Assembly (NCBI GenBank): GCA_030390025.1
Contig: CM059432.1
Span: 69,752,001-69,816,000, forward strand
DNA: 64,000 nucleotides
From: Squalus acanthias
Taxonomy: Eukaryota
Direction: 5' to 3'
In this document: positions 27,157 through 38,945 of the stretch, one piece after another
Layout: every line of letters starts with the position of its first letter
How positions within the stretch are numbered: the first letter of the stretch is position 1
The notes under the pieces: model-generated
Told to the model about the DNA's origin: nothing
Seen by the model: only the letters and a program-made list of their open reading frames with translations
Databases searched by the model: none
Translations under genes and position numbers: made by a program

Positions 27157-29173
27157 GCGGGTGAAATTGGGTATCGCCCCGTTTGGGGCGCTAACTTTTG
27201 AAATTCTTAAAATTTAGCGCCAGGCGCTAAGAATTCTGAACTTCTACTAAATTGGATGTTAGTGCCCCAGGAAGGATGTGGGGCGCTAAATCAAGCACTA
27301 ATAACCTCAGTGAGGCACTACAGTGGCGCTACCCGCAGAGTGCTAATGAATATCAGGTGCAATGCATTCAGCAATGATCCTTCACACTGGTTCCTTCCAG
27401 CTCTTAAAGGGGCGATTTCATCATTGTGCAGATGCTCATTTCCAGCATTGCTGGCTTTGAGGCGACCTGCGAGCAAGTGAATCCCCTGATGGCTACGGCT
27501 GTTCCCACTCCCAGGGAGAGAGCTCGTCGGTTCACAGATGTGGCATTGGTGGCTGGAGTGGAGCAAAGGAGGGCAGTGCTGTTCCTGGCCACTGGAAGGA
27601 GGCCATCGCCTCAGGTGTTCAGGACAATGTGGAGGGAAGTGTCCCAGGAGGTCTCGGCCAGTAGTGTGGTGGAACGCAGCCAGACACAGTGCCGCAAGAA
27701 ATTCAACAACCTCAGTCGGGTGGTCAAGGTGAGTACATGCTTCAGCAGCTCCTACATACCAGCATCTGAACCTCAGTCTGTGCACACTGCGCAAAGAACC
27801 ACACCGCCACCACTCACCCACCAAACATCTTCACCTACTCAAAACTCACATCCACATCTCACGCCTTGCCTACAATCGTGATTGCTGCGACTCATTCGGC
27901 AGCAGTTGGTGGGCGGCGTGGCCATCGGCGATGTCGATCCCATTGGGGGCAATAACGGTATCTTCAGCCCCTCTCCTTCTTTCGCTCCACTTCCCCTCAG
28001 ACCACAAACCTTTCTCACTTTCCACCTCCTGAGAATGTCTGCATTCCTTGTTCCATTCCTGCCCCCCTGCACTCACCTTAACGCAAGTGTTGTGCCTTTA
28101 TGCTTTCAGATCATCAGCAACCAGATGATCAGCCTAGCCCTGAAAGTGAGGAAGGAGAAGTGGATGAGGAGGAGCAATGCACCGCGTCATTGCATCTCTC
28201 ACCCGCAGGCACCACCTCAGATACTGGCACTATGCGATCTTTAAAGTCAAGTTTAGTAGAGGGGTCTGCACTGGGTGATGCACCGTGGACGAGCGGGAAA
28301 GGGTAGTTCGGGAGCCAGCTCCCTGGAGGGTGTGTTCGCGTGTGAGTTTGATGCACAGGACTCAGATGAGGACCTCGATGGGGAGGCATTCACAAGAAGG
28401 GTGATGGCCATGCACACTGAGTTGATAGGTGCAATGGCAAGGGCGCCCGAGAGCCTCTCGGCAATGGTAAGGAGCGTGGAGGAGTCCGCTTCTGACATTG
28501 CACAGAGCTCTGCGCACACCATGGAGCCCATCATTTCCACTGTGCAGTGGTCTCAGAGAGACCGTGCAGATCTAGACCTCGTGATGCTTGTCATGGGCGA
28601 TGTGGCAGCTTCCATTGCAGCACAGGCGGAAGCGACGCAAAGTCTTAGTGCTGTAATGCAGTCAATGGTTGTTGCCATCGAGTCTCAGGATCCAAATATT
28701 ACACTTTCAAATCTCCCCTCAATGAAACTGAAGAATCTTTATGTGCCAGAACACTCGTTAAAATTCAAAACGTTCAAATCGGTCAAAAGGCCTCTTTGCC
28801 TATGTGAAACTAACAATGCAGCATTGTTGGCCAACGGAAACGAAACCAGATGTGGACGCCTTTAAATAGCGCTCCTCCAGCGGACATCTGACTGAAAGCC
28901 ACCTCCTCTACCTGTCGTTGTTAACGGCAGGTGCACAAGCAGGGGGTGAGAGGGAATTTTTCATCCGGGGCGCTACTGGGGCACTGCACATGGCAATGAC
29001 GTCACGATCTCCGGGCGCAGGCGATCGTGGCGCAACGTTTTACTGCCGCCGCAAAACTCCCGCCGAATTTAGTGGGAGGCGTTGATATCGCCACCCCCGG
29101 TCGCAAACCCATTTGCACCCCGTTAGCGGCAGAGGCGCTAACGGGAGGCACAAAGGAGCCCAATTTTAAGCCC
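27157..29173 (+). mobile_element. Nested Harbinger derivative retaining only the Myb/SANT-like (MSANTD) gene
   Basis: Imperfect TIRs GCGGGTGAAATTGG / CCAATTTTAAGCCC with near-TSD CAG/AAG. ORF 27426-27881 RERARRFTDVAL...WREVSQEV...QCRKKFNNL. Subterminal sequence shared with family B MITEs. Confidence 0.75.
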
Positions 29174-30572
29174 AAGGTGTGGGACTGTTGGTGAATGCGG
29201 AATTGGGACTGCGTTTACTGGTGTGGCAACCGGATGAGTCGGTCAAGAACTGCCCAGCCAGAAAGGGGCTGCCTGGGTTGCCTCCTCCCTTCTTCTTTCT
29301 CCTCCTTCTCTTCTTCCTGCTCCTCTTCCTCCTCCTCCTCCTCTTTCTCCTCCCCTCCTCCTCCTGCTCCACCTCTCCTCCTCCTGAGCTGGTCGCCGTA
29401 TAGCTGGTGACAAGGGCTGTGCCCTCATGATGGCGCGGTTGTGCAGCATGCAGCAGACCACCATGAATCTCGACACCCGCTCTGCCGAGTACTGCGGTCC
29501 AGGCAGCGGAAGCATTGCCTCAGCACGCCAATGGTCTGCACGATGATATTTCGTGTGGCAGCATGTCTGTCGTATGAATGTTGCCCACGTGTGCGAGGAT
29601 TGTTCACCGGAGTCATGAGCCATGTTGTTAATGGATAGCCCTTGTCATCCAGTAGCCACCCTCTGGTTTGTTGTGGTGGCTCAAATTTTTTTTTTAATTT
29701 GTTTATGGGATCAGGGCGTCGCTGGCAATGCCAGCATTTATTGCCCATCCCTAGTTGCCCTTGAGAAGGTGGTGGTGAGCCACCTTCTTGAACCGCTGCA
29801 GTCCATGTGGTGATGGTACTCCCACAGTGCTGTTAGGTAGGGAGTTCAAGGATTTTGACCCAGCGATGATGAAGGATCGGCGATATACTTCCAAGTCAGG
29901 ATGGTGTGTGACTTGGAGGGGAACTTGGACCAGCATGATGCGCTGAGTATGGTCACACACCAGCTGGACTTTGAGGGAGTGGAATGGCAGAGTTGACATG
30001 TAGCGCTCACAAAGCGATGTGCGTGCAGTCAATGGCACCCTGCACCATGGGGAAGCCTGCAATCCTAGCAAACACTCGTGTTCACTCCGGTTGGTTGTCT
30101 CTGGCTAGAGGGAATAGAAAGCTTCAGTGACCTCCCTTATGCAACAGTGGATGGCAAATTGTGAGATGTTGCTAATAGCTCTAGCCTGGAAGAGAGCCAG
30201 ATGCATAAAAGTTCATTGCCATGGTCGCCTTCACAGCCACTGACAATGCGGTCCTTGCCCTGCTTTGAGGTTGGAGTTGTGGCTGTAGCAGTTGGCAGAT
30301 TTCAGTGAGGACATCCTTACTGAAGCAGAAGCATCTTACAGATTGTTCCTCGCTGAGGTTCAGGTAGGAGAAATGCTTCCTGAGCACTCTGGGATATGGC
30401 CTCCTGCTGAGAGCCTTCTCCCCCTCCTCCTCCTTCCTCTTCTAGCAGCTTGTCCTGTTGTGCGTGGTCTCTGCTCATTCTCCCAGTCATGCTCTATTCC
30501 AAGAGGAAGGCCTACCAGTGCACCCATGTTTGGGAGCAACTGGTTTGTGCAGAAGCCTTGAAGTCAGCAAAA

Positions 30573-30993
30573 TGGGTACGGTAGCATATGTTACTGGACT
30601 AGTAATCCAGAGGCCTGGACTAATGATCCAGAGACATGAGTTCAAATCCCACTATGGCAACTGGGGAATTTAAATTCAATTAAATAAATCTGGAATTAAA
30701 AAGCTAGTATCAGTAGTGGTGACCATGAAACTACCAGATTGTCGTAAAAACCCATCTGGTTCACTAATGTCCTTTAGGGAAGGAAATCTGCCGTCTACCC
30801 GATTGGGCCTATATGTGATTCAGATCCACAGCAATGTGGTTGACTCGTAACTGCCCCTCTGAAATGGCCTAGCAAGCCACTCAGTTGTATTCAAGAATGC
30901 GGCTCACCGCTACCTTCCCGAGAGCAATTAGGGATGGGCAATAAATGCTGTCCTTGCTGACGACATCCACATCCCGTGAATTAATTTAAAAAA
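30573..30993 (+). mobile_element. tRNA-derived SINE with LINE-shared 3' tail
   Basis: B-box-like GAGTTCAAATCCC (~30638-30650) in a tRNA-like head. The 3' end GCAATTAGGGATGGGCAATAAATGCTG...CACATCCCGTGAAT matches the LINE tail at ~12430-12510. Confidence 0.7.
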
Positions 30994-31449
30994 TGTCCTT
31001 CAGCACACCACTCCCTGTAGACATTTGCAACTTGAAACAACTATGGAATGTATCAACATCCAGAAGAAATCAACCAACAACTAACCTGTAAGTAGTTGAT
31101 GATCCCTTTAAATAGCACTGATGGGGGACCCTTCATGCTGCTTAACGCGTGTTCAGCCGTGTGAGGTTAAGAGGGGGCATCAGCTGGAGCATGGAGCTCG
31201 AAAATGGCAGTTCTGGTGTCAAATCAGCATTGCATGCTGATTGACATCAGGATCTGTCTGCTGTGCATACTTCCACCGGACGTCAGCTACACATGAGCTA
31301 ACCCCTTCACCAAGATGCCGTACGGCCTGATTCACAGCAGAAGTGTGTGCACACAGCTGGTGCCATTTTGGTCCCCGAACAGCACCCTTAACACCCACAA
31401 CGGGTGCTAATGAGCCCAATTTCGCACCCATAATTTCCTGAAAGTGCAA

Positions 31450-32125
31450 GCGCATAGAGTGAATGAGGAAAGACTATTTCCTCTTGTTGGAGAGTCAGTG
31501 ATGGTAGATAAAGCCATAAAAAGGCCAACAGCATTTGGGGTTTTACAAATAGGAGCATAGAGTACAGAAATAAAGAAGTAACGATAAATGTGTACAAAAT
31601 ATTGGTTAGGCCACAGTGTAGAGTATCGTGTGTAGTTTTGAGTACTCTGTTATAGCAAGAAGATTAAAGTCATAGAGAGTACAGCGTAGATTCACCAAGA
31701 TGATGTCAGGGATGGGAAACTAAAGTTATGAGAAGAGATTTGAGATACTGGGTCCATTTGTACTGGAGGAGACAAAGCTAAGAGAAGATTTAATAGAGGT
31801 TTTAAAATTATGAAGAATTCTGACAGAGTGAATAGGGAAAGATTATTTCCTCTGGTTGGAGAGTTAAGTGGTCATTAATTGAAAACTGTCACTAAGGAGG
31901 AGAGGTGTTAGGAGAAATTTCTTTACACAGGGTTGTTGGAGCGAGAAATACTTTGCTACAGACCTTTGCATCTTTTAATGGAAAATTGGACATAAATTTG
32001 AAGCAAAGGGAGGTATAGGGCTATGGGGAGAGATGGGGTCAGTAAGATTCCTTTTGGATTGCTCTAACAAAGTGCTCGCACAGACACAATGGGCCGAATT
32101 ACCTTTTTCTGTACTGTAAACTTAT
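31450..32125 (+). mobile_element. Old CR1 3' fragment
   Basis: Degenerate ILGF.NRSIEY..KEV....YK.LVRP..EY.V.F and CR1 3' UTR-like ATGGGCCGAAT..CCT.TTTCTGTACTGT. Confidence 0.6.
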
Positions 32126-32205
32126 ATTCTTCTGTGGATTCTCTGCATTTTAACGTGGCAGCCCTTTAAACAAAATTTCAGTAATATAAAAGAATATTTT
32201 ACATT

Positions 32206-32969
32206 GGCCCAGAAATTAAACATGGATGGTTCCCGCGGGGGTAAGGATTCCCCGCGATATCGCACTCCGCGCCTACCTTTTTTTTGGGGCCCACACGAAC
32301 TTTAGTTTCAGAGCCTCTTCTTGTTGCAACCGTGCAGTGTGTGCCTATCCCAGAGGCGCAATTAGTTCGTGCGAGCTCTGGGATCACGTGATTCAGTTAG
32401 AGCCAATGGCAGCACACCATCTTTCATTCATAGTTTTGACGGCAAGAGCTGTCAAAGCTATGAATACTACAAACCCCCAAAAGAACAGCTAAACCTCAAT
32501 TAAATTTTTTTAAAAAGCCATCCCATTAATAAAATAAGTATAGTTAAATAAATTAACCACTTTAAACAAAAAATTAAATTTTTGAAAAAATTTAAAATCT
32601 TTTTAAAAGTTATAAAAATAAACTTACCTTTCTTTAAAGTCTCTAAAAAAGATAAACCTGTTGAAAAAAATTAAAAATAACACTTAATTAACTACTTACC
32701 TTGTTAAAAGGGGGTCCCACGCCTGCTTTCTTTATGTGTAAAATCTTCACCACTTACCTGCGCGTTCAAAGCTGAAAAAAAAACTAAGTGCACTGCGTGC
32801 GCACAACCTGTAGTGCGCACGTGGTTCACTTAGGAACCGCCCCCTTTGCAATTCACGAAGTGCCGGTTTCCCGCGCATGCGCAGTGCATGCAGGAAACCG
32901 GCAATTCGGGATCTAATACGCGAGAGTACACAGTGCGTACTCTCGCGTATTAGGTTCAATTTTCGGGCC
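32206..32969. mobile_element. Young Harbinger-type MITE, family A copy 2
   Basis: Same termini as 9332-10092. 3-bp TSD ATT. Near-identical internal sequence. Confidence 0.85.
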
Positions 32970-33582
32970 ATTGTATAGAGTCATGCATTGTTATTTATTT
33001 GTATTTTGCTTCTTTTTTTTCATAAATGCTGTCAGGATAGGTTTGAAATACATGAGATTTTATTAATATGGAAAGATATGGGAAGAAAAATATATGAAAA
33101 GAAAGTTTTTTCTAGGGACATTATGCCAGAAGCATAGGATTTTTCAGTCCAGTAGGTGTTTTTGTAATATTGAAGAGCTTGTGGTCCTGCAACCACTGAT
33201 GAATATCAAGTAAATTTAATTTAAATCATTTTGAATGTATCAATTAAAAGCTTGTATTGTGGGAACAGAAATGCTTAGATTTAGCCAATTCCACTCCTCA
33301 GTTCAAACTAATTCAGATTATTTTATTAACTTTCATAATCAGACATTAATGACGTGTACAATAAAAAACAGACTGATTCACATAAATAGAAAAAAAAATA
33401 CAAATGCTGGAAATCTGAAATAAAAGCAAAATTGCTGAAACTTCACAGCATTTGTAAGGAGAAAAGATGAGTAAACAAATCAGGTTAGACCCTTCATCAT
33501 AATTCTTCGGAGAATGGTTAACTTTGAATTGGTTTTCTTCGATGTACTATAGTTTTGATTGTTACTATTTTGTACTGTACAG

Positions 33583-33749
33583 AGAGATTCAAGATCAAAC
33601 TGGAAACGGCCAAAGATTCAATGAAACCTGAAGACATTAAGACAGCTCTTGTGGTCTACGGTTCAAAGGGAAAAAGTGATGAAATAGTTCTGTCTTCAGA
33701 CAATCCAGAATTTCTCCATTTCCTTCCAGGAGCAGTTGATGAATTTATT
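33583..33749 (+). CDS. Host PLAT-domain gene exon (KRFKIKLETAKDS...ALVVYGSKGKSDEIVL...FLPGAVDEFI)
   Basis: Acceptor tgtacag|, donor ATT|gtaaga. N-terminal half of a PLAT domain (YG.KG.S..I.L...F.PG..DEF). Phase fits the exon ending at 3490. Confidence 0.85.
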
Positions 33750-34000
33750 GTAAGATATGAAATATGTTTAGAGTTTGTTTGATTTAAGAGTATTATGCAT
33801 AAGACCATATAATATGACCGACAAAGAGCTCATTGAGTATTATAATCTAGTGTACTCATAAGTGGAATAATTATCTAATCCAATTATAATTGAAGGATTC
33901 AGGTTCTGTCTTTTAATTACTGTGCTCAAAATTATTTACAATAACTAAGTAATATTTTACTTTTTGGTTCTTTTGAAGTATCAGAAATGATTTAAATAGA

Positions 34001-37000
34001 TAAATAGTGGGGGGAGGGTCCAGGTGAGCAGGAATTTAAAAAGTCAATGAGAAATGAAAAACCAATAGAGCAGGATAGAGATGGGGGAAAATAATAACCA
34101 GAGTGTGACAGGAAGGGACAGAATGTTTAAAAATAAATGTGCAACAGAAAATGGGGTAAAAACAAGGAGAAATGGTAAAAAGACAAAGTTAAAAGCTCTA
34201 TATCTGAATGCACGCAGCATTTGTAACAAGATAGATGAGTTGACGGCACAAATAGATACAAATGGGTATGATCTGATCGCCATTACACAGACGTGGCTGC
34301 ATGGTGACCAGGGCTGGGAACTGAATATTCCAGGGTACTTGACAATTCGTAAGGATAGACAGAAAGGATGGCTTTGTTGGTAAAGGATGGGATCAATGCA
34401 GTGAGAAGTGATATTGGCTCAGAAGATCAAGATATAGAATCGGTTTGGGTGGAGATAAAAAATAATAAGGGGAAAAGTCTCTGGTGGGCGAAGTCTACAG
34501 GCCCCCAAACAGTAGCAATACTGTTGGACAGAGTATAAATCAACAAATAATGAAGGCCTGTAAAAAAGGTACGGTAATAATCATGGGTGATATTAATCTC
34601 CGTATTGATTGGACAAATCAAATTGGCCTTGGTAGTCTTGAAGAGGAGTCCATAGAGTGTATCTGGGATGGTTTCCTAGAACAATATGTAATGGAACCAA
34701 CCAGGGAACAGGCTATCTTGGATCTGGTACTGTGTAATGAGACAGAATTAATAAATGATCTCATAGTAAAGGATCCTCTAGGAAAGAGTGATCATAGCAT
34801 GGTTGAATTTCAAATTCAGTTGGAGGGTGAGAAAGTTGTATCTCAAACCAGTGTCCTGATCTTAAACAAAGGCAATTACAATGGCATGAGGGCAGAACTG
34901 GCTAAAGTGGACTGGAAAAATAAATTAAAGGGTAAGACTGTTGAAATGCAGTGGCGGACATTTAAGGAGATATTTCATAACTCTCAACAAAAATATATTC
35001 CAGTGAGAAAGAAAGATTTTAAGAGAAGGGAGCACCATCCATGGCTAACTAAGGAAGTAAAGGATGGTATCAAATTGAAAATGAAGGCATACAATGTTGC
35101 CAAGATTGGTGGGAGGTCAGAGGATTGGGAAATTTTTAAAAACCAGCAAAGGATGACTAAAAAAATAATAGAGAGAAGATGAATTATGAGAGTAAACTGG
35201 CAAGAAATATTAAAACAGATAGTAAGAGCTTCTACAGGTATATAAAAAGGAAGAGAGTAGTTAAAATAAACGTTGGTCCCTTAGACGATGAGACTGGGGA
35301 ATTAATAATGGGGAATGGGGAAATGGCAGAGACTCTGAACAAATATTTGGTATCTGTCTTCATGGTAGAAGACACTAACAACATCCCAATAATGGACAAT
35401 CAAGGGACCATAGGGAGGGGGGAACTAAAGACAATCACTATCACTAAGGAAAAAGTACTTGGTAAAATAATGGGACTAAAAGTCGACAAGTCCCCTGGAC
35501 CAGATGGCCTGTATCCCAAGGTCTTAAAAGAAGTGGCTGCAGAGATACTGGATGCATTGGTTGCAATATACCAAAATTCCCTGGACTCTGGAGAGGTCCC
35601 AGCGGATTGGAAAACCGCAAATGTAGCACCCCTATTTAAGAAAGGAGGGAGACAGAAAGCAGGAAACTATAGACCAGTTAGCCTAACATCTGTCGTTGGG
35701 AAAATGCTGGAGTCCTTCATTAAGGAAGCAGTAGCAGGGCATTTGGAAAATCATGATGCAGTCAAGCAGAGTCAGCATGGTTTATGAAAGGGAAATCATG
35801 TTTAACAAATTTGCTGGAGTTCTTTGAGGATGTAACGAGCAGGATGGACAAAGGTGAGCCAGTGGGTGTGGTGTATTTGGATTTCCAGAAGGCATTCGAT
35901 AAGGTGTCACATAAAAGGTTACTGCATAAGATAAGAGCTTACGGAGTTGGGGGTAGAATATTAGCATGGATAGAGAATTGGCTCACTAACAGAAAGCAGA
36001 GAGTCGGGATAAATGGGTCATTTTTCGGTTGGCAAACGGTAACTAGTGGGGTGCCACAGGGATCGGTGCTGGGGTCTCAACTATTTACAATCTACATTAA
36101 TGACTTGGATGAAGGAACTGAGTGTAATGTAGCCAAGTTTGCGGATGATACAAAGATGGTTGGGAAAGCAAATTGTGCAGAGGACTCAAAGAATCTGCAA
36201 AGGGATATAGACAGGCTAAGTGAATGGGCAAACATTTGGTAGATGGAGTATAATGTGGGAAAGAGCGAGGTTATCCACTTTGGCAGGAAAAATAAAAAAT
36301 AAAATTATTATTTAAATGGAGAGAGATTACAAAATGCTACAGTTCAGAGGGACCTGGGGGTCCTTGTGCATGAAACACAAAAAGTTAGCATGCAGGTACA
36401 GCAAGTAATCAAAAAGGCAAATGGAATATTGGCCTTTATTGCAAGGGGGTTGGAGTATAAAAGCAGGGAAGTCCTGCTACAACTGTACAGGGTATTGGTG
36501 AGACCACACCTTGAGTACTGCGTACAGTTTTGGTCTCCATATTTAAGGAAGGATATACTTGCATTGGAGGCAGTTCAGAGACGATTCACTAGGTTAATTC
36601 CAGAGATGAGGGGGTTGACTTATGAAGAAAGGTTGAGCAGGTTGGGCCTATACTCATTGGAATTTAGAAGAATGAGAGGTGATCTTATTGAAACATATAA
36701 GATACTGAGGGGGCTCAACAAGGTAGATGCAGAGAGGATGTTTCCCCTCGTGGGGAAATCTAGAACACGGGGGCATAGTTTCAGAATAAAGGGTCGCCCT
36801 TTTAGAACTGAGATGAGGAGGAATTTCTTCTCTCAGCGGGTCATAAATCTGTGGAATTCTCTGCCCCAGAGAGCCGTGGAGGCTGGGTCATTAAATACTT
36901 TTAAGGTGGAGATAGACAGATTTTTGCAAGATAAGGAAGTGAAGGGTTATGGGGAGCGGGCGGGGAAGTGGCTTTGAGCCCAAGATCAGCCATGATCTTA

Positions 37001-37051
37001 TTGAATGGTGGAGCAGGCTCGAGGGGCCAAGTGGCCTATTCCTGCTCCTAT
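34001..37051 (+). mobile_element. CR1 LINE, nearly complete ORF2 with a few frameshifts/stops and intact 3' tail
   Basis: Consecutive ORFs 34081-36977 give endonuclease, [57 protein letters not shown]. Ends in (TTCTTATG)n. Confidence 0.95.
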
Positions 37052-37359
37052 TTCTTATGTTCTTATGTTCTTATAATAAACATCACTAAGCTGCTTAAAT
37101 ATGATCTAGTTAAAATGACAAATAAAATGCAGGAAGAAATACAATACTACTGAATTAATAAAGGCTGAAACGAAGAACATGAGTGAAAGAGAAACAGATT
37201 GAAAGTAAGGTAGATATACTTGTTTATGTAAGTGCTTTTAGTTTATAGTTTTACAATAAAAACATGTGTATAGCAGCAGATCTATGCATACAAACACATT
37301 TTACGTCAGACTTCCAATAGTAAAATTTTGTCCTGGCCAACATTTTAATCTTTATTTAG

Positions 37360-37579
37360 ATTTTTATTGAAGATGTGGGAGATATCTATAAGATTCGGAT
37401 CAACGGTGAAGAGCTGGGAAACTATGTGGGTTGGCATTTAGTGTCAATCCTTTTGGAAGATTTGCAAACAAAACAGGTTTTCACTTTTAACTGCAACACC
37501 TGGCTGTCCGCTACCAAAGAAGACAAGGAGCTGGTGAAAGAATTTTCTGTAACAAAAGAAGGACTAAACATGTTACCTG
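37360..37579 (+). CDS. Host PLAT-domain gene exon (IFIEDVGDIYKIRI...GWHLVSILLED...FNCNTWLS...LVKEF...LP)
   Basis: Acceptor tttatttag|, donor CCTG|gtagga. C-terminal half of a PLAT domain. Phase 0 matches the preceding exon. Confidence 0.88.
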
Positions 37580-38048
37580 GTAGGAATAATATAATCACTG
37601 CAGAAATTAGATAGAAGAGCTTTAAAAACTACTGTAAATTATTAACAAATATAAATGAAATTTTTATTTAATTTAATTTATTTGCATTATTTTAAAATGG
37701 TTTTTGGACCATAGCTATTTGAAGTATAAATGTGATGACAACATACAAATTTTATAGTTCAATGCCAAATATCTGTTTTCAGATTTTTTTGTTTACCAAG
37801 AATATACTAAAAAGAAATAAGCAGGACCTTTACAATATTTCTATTTTAGAGTATTGTTTTCTTCCTCTCTTTTAAACCTTCTATGCCACACACCATTCCT
37901 GTGAAGAAATGGCAAGCAAGTGACCTACTCCTAGGCCTCTGCCGATGCCAATGCTACTATTAAGCCACCTTTAATTGTTTGAGAGTAGCCCAGTCTGATA
38001 TGGCTTATGAATTTAACATCTTCCACTCATCTTTTAGAGAAACTCCAA

Positions 38049-38945
38049 GGGGGAAAAATTCAGTATCGCCCCATTTGGGGCGCAATTATCGGCCGGGCGC
38101 AAAGATTAGCGCCTGCCGCTAATTATCGCCTCCAACTGCAAACTTGGCTTTTATCGCCCCTGGAGGTGATTGGAGCGCTAAATCAGGCGCTACACACCTG
38201 TCTTAAGGCGCAAAGGCCAAGGAGCGAGGCGCTACCTCAGAGCGCTGGCGAAGCTCATGTGATGTCAGTCAGCAATGGAACAGAGACACAATGGCGCCGG
38301 CCAGTTCTTAAAGGGGAGGGTTGATCTTGCTCTCCATCCACATCCTGCTCATTGCAGCCTTGAATCTCGGCCTGGAGAGACCTGTACATCAAATCTGCTG
38401 GAAAGAACAATGGAGATTACCAGGGAAAGAGCTCAGAGTGCAGCCCCCACAGTCTCTTCTAAATCGATACAAGGAAGGGCAAATCAAAATGAACCTGCAA
38501 AGTGCTGCTCAGTACCCAAAACTCCTTCACACAGCGTTGAATCTCACCAGAAGTCTCTCTCTCTCTCTCTCTCAGAATGCGTGGTGCAAAAATGTCGCCA
38601 ACAAAAAAAGGGCAGGAAGCGGTTGCCTTTAAATAGCACTCCCCCAGTCCCTTCCTAACTGCAAAGCGCTCCCCTCAACCTGTCGTTGCTAGCGGCAGGC
38701 GGTAAGGCAGGGGGCGCCACTCAAATTGCGGTCCGGAGTGCTACCGGGGCGTTGCGCACTTGACTGACGTCACGATCTGCTGGCGCAGGAGATCGTGGCG
38801 GTAGTGTTTAGCGCCGCCGCAAAATGTCTAGTTAATTTCGTGAACGGCACAAACATCGCTGCGCACGGGCGCTAGTTGCTTTGCGCCCCATTAGTGCCCT
38901 CTTAAGGCACTAACAGGAGGCGCAAACCAACTGAAGTTTTCCCCC
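38049..38945 (+). mobile_element. Harbinger-derived MITE, family B
   Basis: GGGGGAAAAATT ... AGTTTTCCCCC termini with TSD CAA. Internal (CT)n. Retains only the first codons (MEITRERAQ) of the Myb/SANT gene. Confidence 0.9.

Larger units (their letters stand above)
24971..31429. mobile_element. Harbinger transposon carrying several nested inserts; Myb/SANT gene on + (from 25278), decayed transposase on - (~30528-29200)
   Basis: Termini GGGGCTAAATT / AATTTCGCACCC. MAQHGREHSPGFSDTSLEALVEEVNRRREVLYP (MSANTD-like). Minus pieces HFSYLNLSEEQSVR..EICQLLQPQL..MNFYASGS, GWLLDDKGYPL, FRCLDR, CCMLHN. Confidence 0.75.

Noticed and set aside
34081..36977. Possible active CR1 or RT donor for the LTR element
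   Set aside because: ORF2 is split by several frameshifts and stops, ORF1 is missing, and a non-LTR RT cannot provide tRNA-primed replication or integrase.
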